A DNA stretch of 45,237 bases from an uncultured Candidatus Saccharibacteria bacterium. GTDB taxonomy: Bacteria; Patescibacteriota; CPR2; UBA1875; CAIMLA01. The notes beneath the pieces were generated by a model, which was not told the DNA's origin, did no database searches, and was given only the letters and a program-made list of their open reading frames with translations. The DNA is taken from NCBI GenBank assembly GCA_964501135.1, contig CAZCRI010000004.1:1-45237 (forward strand), given 5' to 3'. Of this stretch, positions 11,184 through 21,154 are shown piece by piece (within the stretch, counting starts at the first letter, position 1; each line of letters opens with the position of its first letter). Made by a program: the position numbers and the translations under genes.

Positions 11184-11209
11184 GCTTATAATAATCAATT
11201 TATATTTTC

Positions 11210-11605
11210 CTAGATATCTAGATCGGCCATCAGGTCGTCGTCATCGTCTTCTACTACGGTTTTCTCTGGCTCTACAGCCGAAGCTTCCTCTTCGGTAACG
11301 ACTTCCGCCATTTCTTCTGTACGATGCTCGCGTGGTTCTCTAGGCTCACCACCCTCTGGTTCCACAATCTTGAGATTGATGCGAGAGTCGCTCTTGGCAC
11401 CCAAAACCCGGAGTAAGGTACGGATTGCCTTTGCAGTCTTTCCTTCTTTACCGATGATTACGCCCATGTCTTCACGATCAACGGTGAGCTCAATAAGAAC
11501 TCCTAGTTCATCGATTTTACGAGTTGTTACGACCGCCTCTGGCTTAGTGACAAGCTTTCCGACGACGTATTCCACGAATTCCTGATCTGCTTCTTTTGCT
11601 GCCAT
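11210..11605 (-). CDS. khpA: KH-domain RNA-binding protein KhpA/YlqC
   Basis: DMGVIIGKEGKTAKAIRTLL GxxG loop; conserved position after rpsP; acidic tail. Confidence 0.9.
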   Translation of the reverse strand: MAAKEADQEFVEYVVGKLVTKPEAVVTTRKIDELGVLIELTVDREDMGVIIGKEGKTAKAIRTLLRVLGAKSDSRINLKIVEPEGGEPREPREHRTEEMAEVVTEEEASAVEPEKTVVEDDDDDLMADLDI

Positions 11606-11643
11606 GGATTCTCCCTCTTTATATGATTTGATTATAAAGCATC

Positions 11644-11670
11644 AAAAAACCTGGTGCAACCAGGTTTTTT
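11644..11670. terminator. Bidirectional terminator after rpsP
   Basis: AAAAAACCTGGT-GCA-ACCAGGTTTTTT. Confidence 0.8.
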
Positions 11671-11674
11671 ATAA

Positions 11675-12145
11675 TTATTCAGTTTCTGTAGTTTCGGCTG
11701 GGGTCTCTTCGGAAGCTGCTTCCTCGACAGGGGCCTCTTCTGCGGCTGGTGCCTCGGGGGCAACTTCAGGAGTAGCTTCTGCTTCTACCGGCGCCTCTTC
11801 GGCAACTTCTGGTGCAGTTTCTTCTGCAGCGGGTGCCTCAACCTTAGGCTCTTTTACCACTGGCTCTTTCTTGGGCTTGCGGTTCTTCTCGGTGATTACA
11901 ACCCAATCTGGAAGCTTGATTCCCTTTTCTTTGAGTAGTTTAGCTACAGTGTTTGAAGGCTGAGCGCCTTTTGCAATCCAAGCGTTTACAAGTTCTTCCT
12001 TTAGCGAAACTTCCTTGGTCTTTGGATTATACCAGCCTAGGATTTCGATAAATTTAGAATTTACAAAACGACGTGAATCTGCAGCCACGATACGATAAAA
12101 TGCTTGTTTCTTTTTTCCGGTTCTAGTGAGTCTAAGTACTACCAC
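11675..12145 (-). CDS. rpsP: 30S ribosomal protein S16 with long acidic Ala/Glu/Pro tail
   Basis: LRLTRTGKKKQAFYRIVAAD...EILGWYNP...GAQPSNTV; GTG start at 12145 with GGAG SD. Confidence 0.95.
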   Translation of the reverse strand: MVVLRLTRTGKKKQAFYRIVAADSRRFVNSKFIEILGWYNPKTKEVSLKEELVNAWIAKGAQPSNTVAKLLKEKGIKLPDWVVITEKNRKPKKEPVVKEPKVEAPAAEETAPEVAEEAPVEAEATPEVAPEAPAAEEAPVEEAASEETPAETTETE

Positions 12146-12211
12146 TTTGCTATGCTCCTCTGATTTTTTACGCCCCACAATTTTACTTGAAATTGGGCAT
12201 TTTGTCAACGA

Positions 12212-15200
12212 TTAGCTCTTTGCGGCTACCAAAGCTTCTGTCAGCTTCACAGATAAAAGCTTTGAAATATGGCTTTCGTCCATAGTGACACCATAAAGAG
12301 AAGAGGCGCATTTCATCGTATCCCGGTTGTGGGAAATGATGATAAACTGAGTCTTTTTGGCCAGATCCTCGAGTATCTTTATGAACCTGGTAGTATTTGA
12401 CTCGTCCAGCGCTGCGTCTACTTCGTCCAGCACCACAAAAGGACTTGGATTTACCGAAAGTATCGCAAAGAGCAGGGCCAGCGAAGTCAGAGTACGCTCC
12501 CCACCGGACAGGGCCGTGAGGCTTTGCACGCGTTTTCCAGGAGGGTTAGCACTGATTTCGATCCCAAAACTACCCTCTTCGTCCTCGCCCAAGGTTAGTT
12601 TGGCTGTGCCCCCACCAAAAAGCATTGTAAAATAGCGATTAAACTCGGTGGCAATATTCTTAAAGATGTCGGAGAATTGATGCTTAATGCGTTCGTCTAG
12701 CTCTCGCACCACTTTCGTCAGGTCCTCTTTTGCCTTCGTAAGATCAGTGACCTGAGCTGCCATTTCGGTCGCTCGAGTCTCTAGTTCGTGATACTCAGCT
12801 TCAGTTTCCGGGTCAATTCCGGCTGTATTATCCAACTTACGGCGAATATTCTCTATTTTGAGCTTCAGAACGTCCTTTTCCATCTGGTCCAGATGCTCGT
12901 GTTTTGCTTCCCTGTCAAACTCTAGGCCCGACACTCGAATCTCTTCCGTGACATCCTCGAGGCGAATTGTTGCCTTTGCAAAATCTACATCAAGCGCTGC
13001 CAATTGGCTCTGAATTTGAACCTTACTACTCTCGAGCTCTCGTCTTTCATTCTCCAAGAATCTTCCACTCTGCTCAAATTGCCGTTCTTTCTCAATAATC
13101 TGAGTAAGCCCGCCCCGAAGCTTAGCAATGTCCTCTTCCAGTCTAGAAAGTTCCCTTTCCTTAACCTCCAATTTCTCACTTGTCGTCTCATCGCTTGAAT
13201 TATCAACTGTCAGGCCGGCCTTCAGCTCCTGTTTTATCGTTTCCATTCTTGACACTGCCTTCGCCTGGTCTCGTTTGAGATTCTCAAGGGTCGCCTCGCG
13301 ACGAGAGAGTTCCATATCCAGGTTATAAATCCCCTGCCTTAGCTCACGAGCTTCTCCCCGGAGTGAATCTTTTTCTCTGAGAATAGCGTTTTGTCTTTCG
13401 CTTACAACCCCGCTATATTTACGAATTTCAGACTGAACCGCGGAAATCTCATTTTCTAATTTCTTGATGTCGGCAAGGAGTTCTGTTTCTAGTTCCGCCG
13501 AACTAACATTCTTCTTATCAGCAGGGTACGAAGATAATTCTGTCTCTTTGTCTTTCACTCTAGACTTCAAATCAGCGAGCTTTTCTTTCCCAGAAACAAT
13601 CTCCGCCTCTAGCCTCACTAGTTCATGACTAAGCTGCGCCAGCTCGCTCTCCAATACCCTACCCTTACCGCGTGCTTCCAAAAGCAGGCTCTCTAGTTTT
13701 TCTCTCTCCGTATTGTTCACCGCTTTTGTAACAGCACGAAAACGTGTAATTACCTTATCTAAATTCTGACCAAAATCCTTAAATTCATTTCTGATTGCCG
13801 CAAAGTCCTTCTCGGTCTTCGCACTCTCAAGTCTTTCGTAAAGCTTACGATGAACATCAGAAACCATACCTATTTCACTCTCAAGTTCCGTTAGACTTGC
13901 CTCAGTAACTTGTTTTGCTAGAGTGTGAGCCTCTATCTCCAAGCGCTCTATTTCTCCATGATTCTGCGCAACCAAAGTTTCTTTTGCTTTTACCTCAGTT
14001 TTTAGTTGCTTACTCCTAGCATCACTGTCCGCAATCTTCTTTTCTGTGGCACTCACGCTCTCACGGAGCGACAAGATTTCCTCTTGGCAACGCGCCTTGG
14101 CGGCCTCACTCTGTTCAGCTCTCGCTTTGCGTAAACTGACCTCTTGACGGAGTGCATAGAGCTTGTTACCCAACTTTTCTTTTTTCTGTACTAGACTTTC
14201 TTGCTTCGTCTCAAGAGAGGCAACCTTCTGACCTTCTTTATCGGCGGCTGGTTCGGTAAGCTTGTGTTCTAAACCAGTAATCTTATCTTCAATGACAGAC
14301 ATTTTCCCTGTCTCATTTTTTATCTTCGCTTTAGTAGCCGTAACTTCTGAGACTTCGCCCAAAAGTTGCTTTTCAATATCGGCGACAGTAGCCTTAAGCT
14401 CCAATATTTCGGCTTCAAGTTGGGTCTTTCTTTGCTCCGCCTGTTTGGCGTTACTTTTAGCACTCTCAATCTGACCTCGCATGAAGGCCACCTTTTCACG
14501 CAAAGCATCACGTTTTTCTGCTTCGTGCCTTATCGAAATCTCTGCTTCTCTTCTCTCGCCAGAGAAAGGATTATCACGATTCTCCTGTACCTTTAGCGCC
14601 AGGGCAGCAAGCTTCGCTTCAATATCCATTATTTTTGTATTGAGCTCGCTCTTCTTTGTCTCTGCGCCTTTGACCATAGAACTATATTCCGAATGTAATG
14701 ACCCGTAATATTTCTCCTGGATAGCTCTGATTTCCGCCTCTAGCTCCTTGCGACCCTCAGCTCGCTTTACCAAACGTCGCAGATTCACAACCCTTGGTTC
14801 TAGCTCGGTCAAAATATCACGCAAACGGATCAGGTTTGCGTCTGTGGATTCCAGCTTGCGTAGACTCTGTTCTCGTTTAATCTCATACTGTTTGACTCCG
14901 GCCGCTTCATCAAAGAGTACTTTTCTTTCAGATGCAGTAAAGAACAACAGTCGGTCGACCATGCCCTGACCAATCACAGTATAGCTAGACTGACCAAAGC
15001 CAAGCGAAGCCAAAAGCTGTTGCACGTCGGTCAGACGTACTTTTTTACGATTGATAAGGTATTCACTTTCGCCGGAACGATAAAGCTTCCGCGCTACCTC
15101 GATTTCCGCAAGTTCGTGCTGTTTCCCATTAAGTTCAAACTTTACAGGCTTATCATCCGTGAGGACCAAGGTGACCTCAGCATAAGAACCTCTTGGTTTT

Positions 15201-15424
15201 GCGGCACTTCCACAGAAAATCACATCTTCGCTCTTTTTGCTTCGCAAATTCTTGCTGCTCTGCTCCCCGGTAACCCAACGGATTGCGTCAGCAACATTAC
15301 TTTTCCCTGAGCCATTTGGACCGACTACCGCGGTGATATTTCCGGAATTTTTGTAATCAAAATCCAACACACTTTTTTGTGCGAAAGATTTAAAACCATA
15401 AATTTCAATTCGTCTTAGATACAT
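12212..15424 (-). CDS. smc: SMC-family chromosome segregation ATPase (no recognisable hinge domain)
   Basis: GFKSF, Walker A GPNGSGKSN, Q-loop IGQG, signature LSGGE, LDEVDAALD, H-loop IISH; long coiled coils; follows rnc. Confidence 0.92.
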   Translation of the reverse strand: MYLRRIEIYGFKSFAQKSVLDFDYKNSGNITAVVGPNGSGKSNVADAIRWVTGEQSSKNLRSKKSEDVIFCGSAAKPRGSYAEVTLVLTDDKPVKFELNGKQHELAEIEVARKLYRSGESEYLINRKKVRLTDVQQLLASLGFGQSSYTVIGQGMVDRLLFFTASERKVLFDEAAGVKQYEIKREQSLRKLESTDANLIRLRDILTELEPRVVNLRRLVKRAEGRKELEAEIRAIQEKYYGSLHSEYSSMVKGAETKKSELNTKIMDIEAKLAALALKVQENRDNPFSGERREAEISIRHEAEKRDALREKVAFMRGQIESAKSNAKQAEQRKTQLEAEILELKATVADIEKQLLGEVSEVTATKAKIKNETGKMSVIEDKITGLEHKLTEPAADKEGQKVASLETKQESLVQKKEKLGNKLYALRQEVSLRKARAEQSEAAKARCQEEILSLRESVSATEKKIADSDARSKQLKTEVKAKETLVAQNHGEIERLEIEAHTLAKQVTEASLTELESEIGMVSDVHRKLYERLESAKTEKDFAAIRNEFKDFGQNLDKVITRFRAVTKAVNNTEREKLESLLLEARGKGRVLESELAQLSHELVRLEAEIVSGKEKLADLKSRVKDKETELSSYPADKKNVSSAELETELLADIKKLENEISAVQSEIRKYSGVVSERQNAILREKDSLRGEARELRQGIYNLDMELSRREATLENLKRDQAKAVSRMETIKQELKAGLTVDNSSDETTSEKLEVKERELSRLEEDIAKLRGGLTQIIEKERQFEQSGRFLENERRELESSKVQIQSQLAALDVDFAKATIRLEDVTEEIRVSGLEFDREAKHEHLDQMEKDVLKLKIENIRRKLDNTAGIDPETEAEYHELETRATEMAAQVTDLTKAKEDLTKVVRELDERIKHQFSDIFKNIATEFNRYFTMLFGGGTAKLTLGEDEEGSFGIEISANPPGKRVQSLTALSGGERTLTSLALLFAILSVNPSPFVVLDEVDAALDESNTTRFIKILEDLAKKTQFIIISHNRDTMKCASSLYGVTMDESHISKLLSVKLTEALVAAKS

Positions 15425-15445
15425 TAACCTATCTATTGTACTAAA

Positions 15446-15470
15446 TAAGCGTTGCTGTGAGCAACGCTTA
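15446..15470. terminator. Hairpin between rnc and smc (possible terminator or processing site)
   Basis: Perfect 11-bp stem TAAGCGTTGCT-GTG-AGCAACGCTTA; weak U-tract. Confidence 0.45.
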
Positions 15471-15493
15471 AATGTTCGATTTGTCTGATAATT

Positions 15494-16177
15494 TTACTTG
15501 CGGTACTTATTTACCGCGTCTGCAGCAGCTTCTTGCTGGGCAGCTTGCTTCGAAGTGCCAGTACCTTCACCCCACTTAGTCTCGCCTACAAAGACTCCTA
15601 CCACAAACTTTTTATTGTGGTCTGGACCGTCCTCGGCTACTACTTCGTATCGTGGAGTCAGGCCATCTTTCTCTTGTGCCATTTCCTGGAATTCGCTCTT
15701 CGGGTCGATGTAGAGCTTGGCCTCTAAGATGTGTGGCAAACGAACCAATAGATTTTTGGTAATAAAATCCTTGGCCAAGTCGAATCCCTGGTCCAGATAC
15801 ATAGCACCGACCATGGCCTCAAATGTATTAGCTAGAATAAGCTGGCGACTTCTGCCAAAACTCTTTTTCTCGCCGCGGCTCATCTGAATGTACTCTTCGA
15901 CGCCAAGTTGCATCGAAACGTCCGAGATAGTCTCTGTTTTGACCAATGCAGAGCGCCAATTAGTCAGCTCTCCCTCTGGATTGGGATAATTCTTGTACAA
16001 AAACTCAGTTGTTACTAGCTCTAGGACCGCATCGCCGAGAAATTCCAGTCTCTCATTATGTTCCTTGATGTCCTTATGTTCATTGAGATACGAACGATGT
16101 GTAAGCGCCGTTTTGAGCAATTGGGAATCTTTAAAAACAACTCCGATGAGTTTCTCTACTTTTTCTACTTCGAACAT
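15494..16177 (-). CDS. rnc: Ribonuclease III
   Basis: ALTHRSY, NERLEFLGDAVL signature, dsRBD DPKSEFQE...GPDHNKKF...KQAAQQEAA. Confidence 0.98.
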   Translation of the reverse strand: MFEVEKVEKLIGVVFKDSQLLKTALTHRSYLNEHKDIKEHNERLEFLGDAVLELVTTEFLYKNYPNPEGELTNWRSALVKTETISDVSMQLGVEEYIQMSRGEKKSFGRSRQLILANTFEAMVGAMYLDQGFDLAKDFITKNLLVRLPHILEAKLYIDPKSEFQEMAQEKDGLTPRYEVVAEDGPDHNKKFVVGVFVGETKWGEGTGTSKQAAQQEAAADAVNKYRK

Positions 16178-16241
16178 ACTACCTTTCCCGACAAGTGTTT
16201 GAAATTCGATTGATCAAATACCAAACACCATATCGTAAATA

Positions 16242-16772
16242 TTATTTTTCGGTTTTTACCTCGGGTTCAATTTCTTTCTTGGTTTTCTTCTCTTGAAGTC
16301 TTTTGTCCTCAAGTGGATCGTATTTCTCACTGGCGCGAAAAACGGTACCCAAAACCCCGTTTACAAATCGTGATGAATTTTGGCCACCAAAAGCCTTTGC
16401 AAGCTCAACAGCCTCATTGATAGCAACCTTCGGAGGAACATCGCTGGTAAATAGCAGTTCATAGATACCAAGACGTAAAATCACCAAGTCCACAAGCGAA
16501 ATCTGATCAATTGGCCATTCTGGAGCGGCTGGAGTAAGAATGGCATCAATTTTTGCCTGGTTTTCTTCGATGCCAAGAACAATCGTATCGATAAAATCTC
16601 TGCTATCAATACTCTTGGCATATTCGTTATAGTTCCGATCCAGGATAGGCTCGATACCCTTATGAGCATCCGCAACATCAGCCACGTCCGAAGAACAGTT
16701 GCGCATTAGGAATTCCCACTCATATAGAGTTTGGAACGCGACTATTCTTGAAAGGTGCCGATTCGATGCCAC
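16242..16772 (-). CDS. nusB: Transcription antitermination factor NusB
   Basis: [41 protein letters not shown]...FVNGVL. Confidence 0.96.
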   Translation of the reverse strand: MASNRHLSRIVAFQTLYEWEFLMRNCSSDVADVADAHKGIEPILDRNYNEYAKSIDSRDFIDTIVLGIEENQAKIDAILTPAAPEWPIDQISLVDLVILRLGIYELLFTSDVPPKVAINEAVELAKAFGGQNSSRFVNGVLGTVFRASEKYDPLEDKRLQEKKTKKEIEPEVKTEK

Positions 16773-17003
16773 TTACGCCTCTTTTGGTTCTGCTTTTTGT
16801 TCTTTCTTGAGTTTCTTGTCTAATTTTGTTTCAACGTTCAATACCTTGTTGTCGCCGTAAAAGCCACAAGTAGCACAGGCGTTATGCGGAAGAACTGCTT
16901 CGCCACATTTAGGACACTTTGCTAGCTGAATCTTAGCAAGAGCGTCATGTGAACGTTTCTGTTTTCCCTGGGATGAAGTTTTTCTTTTCTTTGGTACAGC
17001 CAT
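16773..17003 (-). CDS. rpmF: 50S ribosomal protein L32 (zinc-ribbon form)
   Basis: MAVPKKRKTS, CPKCG...PHNACATCGFY. Confidence 0.96.
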   Translation of the reverse strand: MAVPKKRKTSSQGKQKRSHDALAKIQLAKCPKCGEAVLPHNACATCGFYGDNKVLNVETKLDKKLKKEQKAEPKEA

Positions 17004-17093
17004 TTGGCTCCTTTCAATCGCAATTTCTATTTACAGAATTACTATATTTTTTGTTTTTAAATTTCAATTTTGGGCTAATGGGTTTGCTTTATA

Positions 17094-17552
17094 TTACTCA
17101 CTTATCTTACATGTACATGCTTCGTGATTCAAGTTTCGCCCACATCCGAGGCAGATTCCAGGACACTCCGACTTGCAGAAATTCTGGGTTGGTACTGCCA
17201 GTATCAGCTCTTCTCGAACTGGCTCGCTGATATCCACCGAACCATATTTATCTACGTACAACCCTTCGTCACTCTGCGCCTTCCTGTCGAGTTGATACTC
17301 TCGCTCGAAGCTAAACTTCACTGGTTTCTCGAAGTTGTCTAGACAGCGATCACAGATTAGACCAGCTTCCGCTACAAACTTTCCCGAAACCACGATGCTA
17401 TCCTCGAGCTTGAAAGCCGTTACTTTACCCGTAATCTTCCCCACGGAGATTGACTCTGGAAATTCAAGATCCTTGCCTGTTTCTTCGATTTCAAAGGTCT
17501 CGGTGGCTCCAACATCTTCTCTGAATAGGTTTTTTACTGATAAAAGCTGCAT
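17094..17552 (-). CDS. yceD: DUF177/YceD family protein
   Basis: CDRCL and CKSECPGICLGCG..LN...CTC motifs; conserved position upstream of rpmF. Confidence 0.9.
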   Translation of the reverse strand: MQLLSVKNLFREDVGATETFEIEETGKDLEFPESISVGKITGKVTAFKLEDSIVVSGKFVAEAGLICDRCLDNFEKPVKFSFEREYQLDRKAQSDEGLYVDKYGSVDISEPVREELILAVPTQNFCKSECPGICLGCGRNLNHEACTCKISE

Positions 17553-17585
17553 TTCGTTCTTTCAAATTACTTTTTTGGCTCGCAA

Positions 17586-17594
17586 ATTATAGCA
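17586..17594 (-). promoter_or_regulatory. Extended -10 promoter upstream of yceD
   Basis: TGCTATAAT consensus. Confidence 0.5.
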
Positions 17595-17600
17595 CAAAAT

Positions 17601-20441
17601 CTACTCGGTGACAATGCTCAGTATCTTACCCTTGATGTAGATCATTTTCTTTACATTCTTATCTAGAATATAGTTTGCAACCTTGGTAGATTCCTTGGCC
17701 AGCTCGATCACCTCCGCCTCACTCGCTTCCGCCGAGATCAAGAGTGTATCTCGAACCTTTCCGTTCACCTGAACAGCAATGGCGAGTGTTTCGTCGACAA
17801 TAAGAGATGGATCATACTCTGGCCAAGGCTGAACATGGATACTACTCGTGTTACCAATATTCGACCAGATTTCTTCGGTAATATACGGGGCAAAAGGTGC
17901 CATAATAACTACCAACTTTTCCAGGGTAATCTTGGTTATCTGCTTCTGTTGCACCAGTTCGTTCACCAAAATCATCAACTGTGGCACAGCGGTATTGAAA
18001 CGAAACGCCTCAATGTCTTCACCGATCTTCTTAACACTCTTGTTGAGTAATCTCCCTACTACAATATTTTCTGGACCATCTGAGAGCTTAGACTCAGAGA
18101 GCTTCCAAACCCGTTCTAGGAGTTTTGTAACACCGGTTAGTCCTTGTGGGTTCCAAGGACCACCATCTTCGAACCGACCCATAAACAAAATATATGTTCG
18201 GAAAGCATCCGCACCAACCTCTGAGATAATGTCGTTTGGAACGATTACATTACCCTTGGACTTGCTCATCTTTTTCCCGTCAGGCCCAAGAATCATTCCC
18301 TGGTGACGAAGTTTCATAAATGGCTCGTCAAAACCAATGATTCCCGAATCGTAAAGTGCCTTGGTAACAAAACGCGAATACAGTAAGTGCATTGTGACAT
18401 GTTCTGGGCCGCCGACGTACATATCCACCGGAAGCCACTTTTTGGTAATTTCTGGATTAAACATTTCAGTATTGTCGCCGACATTTGGATAACGCAAGAA
18501 ATAAAAACTAGAACAAACAAAGGTATCCATAGTATCAGTCTCACGCTCTGCATTACCACCGCACTTTGGACATTGAACGTGAACAAACTCAGAAATACCG
18601 GCCAAAGGTCCCTTGCCGGTCCCCGTTGGACGAACTTGGTCGATACTAAGTTCTGGTAGTAATACCGGTAAACCTTGCTCGGGTACTGGTACCGTGCCGC
18701 ATTTCGAACAGTAAACTACGGGGATTGGGGCTCCCCAATAGCGTTGACGAGAGAAAGACCAGTCACGCAAACGGTAGTTTACTCTGCTCGAGCCAATTCC
18801 TTTTTCCTCAAGCCATTTTGCCATCTGCTCCTTGGCCTCTTCCGAAGTCAGTCCCGTGAATTCTCCTGAATCGACCAAAATCCCTTTGTCTGTATAGAGC
18901 TTATCGCGATCCTGCAAGCGCTCCCAGGTATAACTCTGATTCCAAACATTTAGATACTTTGCTATCTCTTCCTTTTCGAGCCAGACCACGTCATGGGTGT
19001 CCTTCTCATTCTGTTCGACTCCGTCCATTTCCTCATCCACAAGGTCAAATAACACATAGTGAAAATGTGCTATTACATTTGACTTTTTATGAGGACGATA
19101 AAATTCCGCGTAACAAGACCATGGCAGCTGTTCTACAAATTGTAGATTCTTGTACCCGGTTTCTTCCAGCAGCTCTCGTCTCCCAGCTTCCTCTGGAGTC
19201 TGTCCATCCAAGCCACCAGTCGGGAAGGATTGCCATTCTGCTTTCTTCCATTTGAGACACAGATACTTATCGGTCTTTGGATTACGAACAATCATACAGG
19301 CAACTTCGCGCTTCTCCGTCTCGACTTCGGGTTTTGGTTTGTTTACTGGATCCAGAAAATATGGGGCGATAGCCTCTTTGATCGGCAAACCAAACTTCTT
19401 TGCAAATTCATAATCTCTCTCGTCGTGAGCAGGAACTGCCATGACGGCGCCAGTGCCATATGAGCCAATTACATAATCAGCAATCCATACTGGCACTTTT
19501 TCACCATTGAATGGATTGATAGCATAAATACCGGCAGGAACTCCTGTTTTCTCTTTGGCTTCCTGACGCTCTAGGTCGGACTTGCTCTTGGTATCCTGTA
19601 GATACGCTGCGATTTCCTTACTCTTTTCGCCTAGCTGTTTTGCTAGCGCATGCTCCGGTGCCAGCACCACATAAGACATGCCAAAAACTGTGTCAATACG
19701 CGTCGTAAATACCGAGATTTTATCCGCCATGTCTACAACACCTAGGTCGAACTCCACTCCCGTGGACTTCCCTATCCAATTTCGCTGCTTGAGCTTAGAC
19801 GAAGATGGCCAATCCACCTTATTCAGATCTTGGTCCAGTCTATCGGCATAATCAGTAATCTTAAAGAACCACTGCTTCATATTCTTTTGGATTACTTCAG
19901 TTTCGCAACGCTCACAGATACCGTCAATTACTTGCTCATTGGCCAGCACAGTCACGCACTTTGGGCACCAATTTACTGGTGATTCCTTCTGATATGCCAA
20001 ACCTCTTTCGTAGAGCTTTAGAAAGATCCACTGGGTCCAGCGATAATATTCTGGGCTTGAGGTAGTAACCATTTTCTCAAAATCAAACATACAGCCAAAG
20101 CTTTTGAGCTGTGCCGTAGCATGCACAATGTTATCCGCGGTCGAAACTGCAGGATGGACACCTTTCTTTATGGCATAATTCTCAGCTGGAAGACCAAAGC
20201 TGTCAAATCCAATCGGCTCAAAGACATTCTTCCCTGTTGCTCGCATATAACGACCGTAAACATCAGCCCCACTATAGGAATAACCATGACCAATATGAAG
20301 ATATTCCCCGCTAGGATATGGGAACATCACCAAGTTATAAAACTTTTCAGCCTTTGCGGTCAGATCTGTATTATTAAGCTTGGTCGATTCCCAGATACCC
20401 TGCCACTTCGACTCTATTTTTTTGTGATCATATTTTGCCAT
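17601..20441 (-). CDS. leuS: Leucine--tRNA ligase with inserted Nudix domain
   Basis: MFPYPSG..LHIGH, FTTRIDT, GTGAVMAVPAHDERD, RDWSFSRQRYWG, KMSKS; extra ~150 aa carrying RRELLEETG. Confidence 0.97.
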   Translation of the reverse strand: MAKYDHKKIESKWQGIWESTKLNNTDLTAKAEKFYNLVMFPYPSGEYLHIGHGYSYSGADVYGRYMRATGKNVFEPIGFDSFGLPAENYAIKKGVHPAVSTADNIVHATAQLKSFGCMFDFEKMVTTSSPEYYRWTQWIFLKLYERGLAYQKESPVNWCPKCVTVLANEQVIDGICERCETEVIQKNMKQWFFKITDYADRLDQDLNKVDWPSSSKLKQRNWIGKSTGVEFDLGVVDMADKISVFTTRIDTVFGMSYVVLAPEHALAKQLGEKSKEIAAYLQDTKSKSDLERQEAKEKTGVPAGIYAINPFNGEKVPVWIADYVIGSYGTGAVMAVPAHDERDYEFAKKFGLPIKEAIAPYFLDPVNKPKPEVETEKREVACMIVRNPKTDKYLCLKWKKAEWQSFPTGGLDGQTPEEAGRRELLEETGYKNLQFVEQLPWSCYAEFYRPHKKSNVIAHFHYVLFDLVDEEMDGVEQNEKDTHDVVWLEKEEIAKYLNVWNQSYTWERLQDRDKLYTDKGILVDSGEFTGLTSEEAKEQMAKWLEEKGIGSSRVNYRLRDWSFSRQRYWGAPIPVVYCSKCGTVPVPEQGLPVLLPELSIDQVRPTGTGKGPLAGISEFVHVQCPKCGGNAERETDTMDTFVCSSFYFLRYPNVGDNTEMFNPEITKKWLPVDMYVGGPEHVTMHLLYSRFVTKALYDSGIIGFDEPFMKLRHQGMILGPDGKKMSKSKGNVIVPNDIISEVGADAFRTYILFMGRFEDGGPWNPQGLTGVTKLLERVWKLSESKLSDGPENIVVGRLLNKSVKKIGEDIEAFRFNTAVPQLMILVNELVQQKQITKITLEKLVVIMAPFAPYITEEIWSNIGNTSSIHVQPWPEYDPSLIVDETLAIAVQVNGKVRDTLLISAEASEAEVIELAKESTKVANYILDKNVKKMIYIKGKILSIVTE

Positions 20442-20471
20442 AAGTAGGCATATATTAGCACGATTGAGGTT

Positions 20472-21101
20472 CTATTTGAAGGTCTTCTCGATAATACTGG
20501 CGAGCTCATCAACGTCGTGTGCAATCACCGTGTTCAGTTTTCGTAGTGCTACTTCGGTATTGTAGCCCCAGGTGACACTAATGATTTTTATACCCGCTTC
20601 ACGTGCCGCCTCGATATCACGGACCTCGTCACCAACATAAAGAACATCGGCGCTCGAGATTCCGAGCCGTCTCATTATCTTCTTTATTTTTTTATCCTTA
20701 CCAAAAAGACTAAGGCTAGTCTCGATATCATCGAAAATATCTAAATCATTAAGCTTTAAAAACCTCTCAATATTTGGCTTCGAATTTGAGGACATAATTG
20801 CCAAACCATACCCGTCATTCTTGAGCTGTCGGAGCATATCTGAAACGCCCGGAAAAACTGATGTTTTATCAATCCTTCTGGCATTTGCCGCATGGGCATC
20901 CAGAGTCATGCAAAACAGTTTAAACGGCCCGATCTGATATTTTTTTATAATATCCCGAAAAGGCATCTCCCGTAAATCCTCAATCTCAGCCTTGGTGGTC
21001 GCTTGATATCCATACTTTGGAGCGAGCTCCTTAACAATCTCGTATGTAAAAGGGAAGGTATCTGCAATTGTGCCGTCAAAATCAAATATTACTGTTTTCA
21101 T
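20472..21101 (-). CDS. HAD-superfamily hydrolase (phosphoglycolate-phosphatase-like)
   Basis: FDFDGT motif I, SSN motif II, YVGDEVRDIEAA motif IV. Confidence 0.9.
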   Translation of the reverse strand: MKTVIFDFDGTIADTFPFTYEIVKELAPKYGYQATTKAEIEDLREMPFRDIIKKYQIGPFKLFCMTLDAHAANARRIDKTSVFPGVSDMLRQLKNDGYGLAIMSSNSKPNIERFLKLNDLDIFDDIETSLSLFGKDKKIKKIMRRLGISSADVLYVGDEVRDIEAAREAGIKIISVTWGYNTEVALRKLNTVIAHDVDELASIIEKTFK

Positions 21102-21115
21102 GAAACTATTGTATC

Positions 21116-21140
21116 AAAAAAGCAGCCGTTTGGCTGCTTT
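21116..21140 (-). terminator. Intrinsic terminator after the two small membrane genes
   Basis: AAAGCAGCC-AAAC-GGCTGCTTT then TTTG on the - strand. Confidence 0.75.
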
Positions 21141-21154
21141 CTCTCAAAGTGTAG

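Noticed and set aside
11675-11900. Repetitive Ala/Glu/Pro tail of S16 as a possible repeat element
   Set aside because: Protein-level low complexity without exact DNA repeats; such S16 extensions are common.
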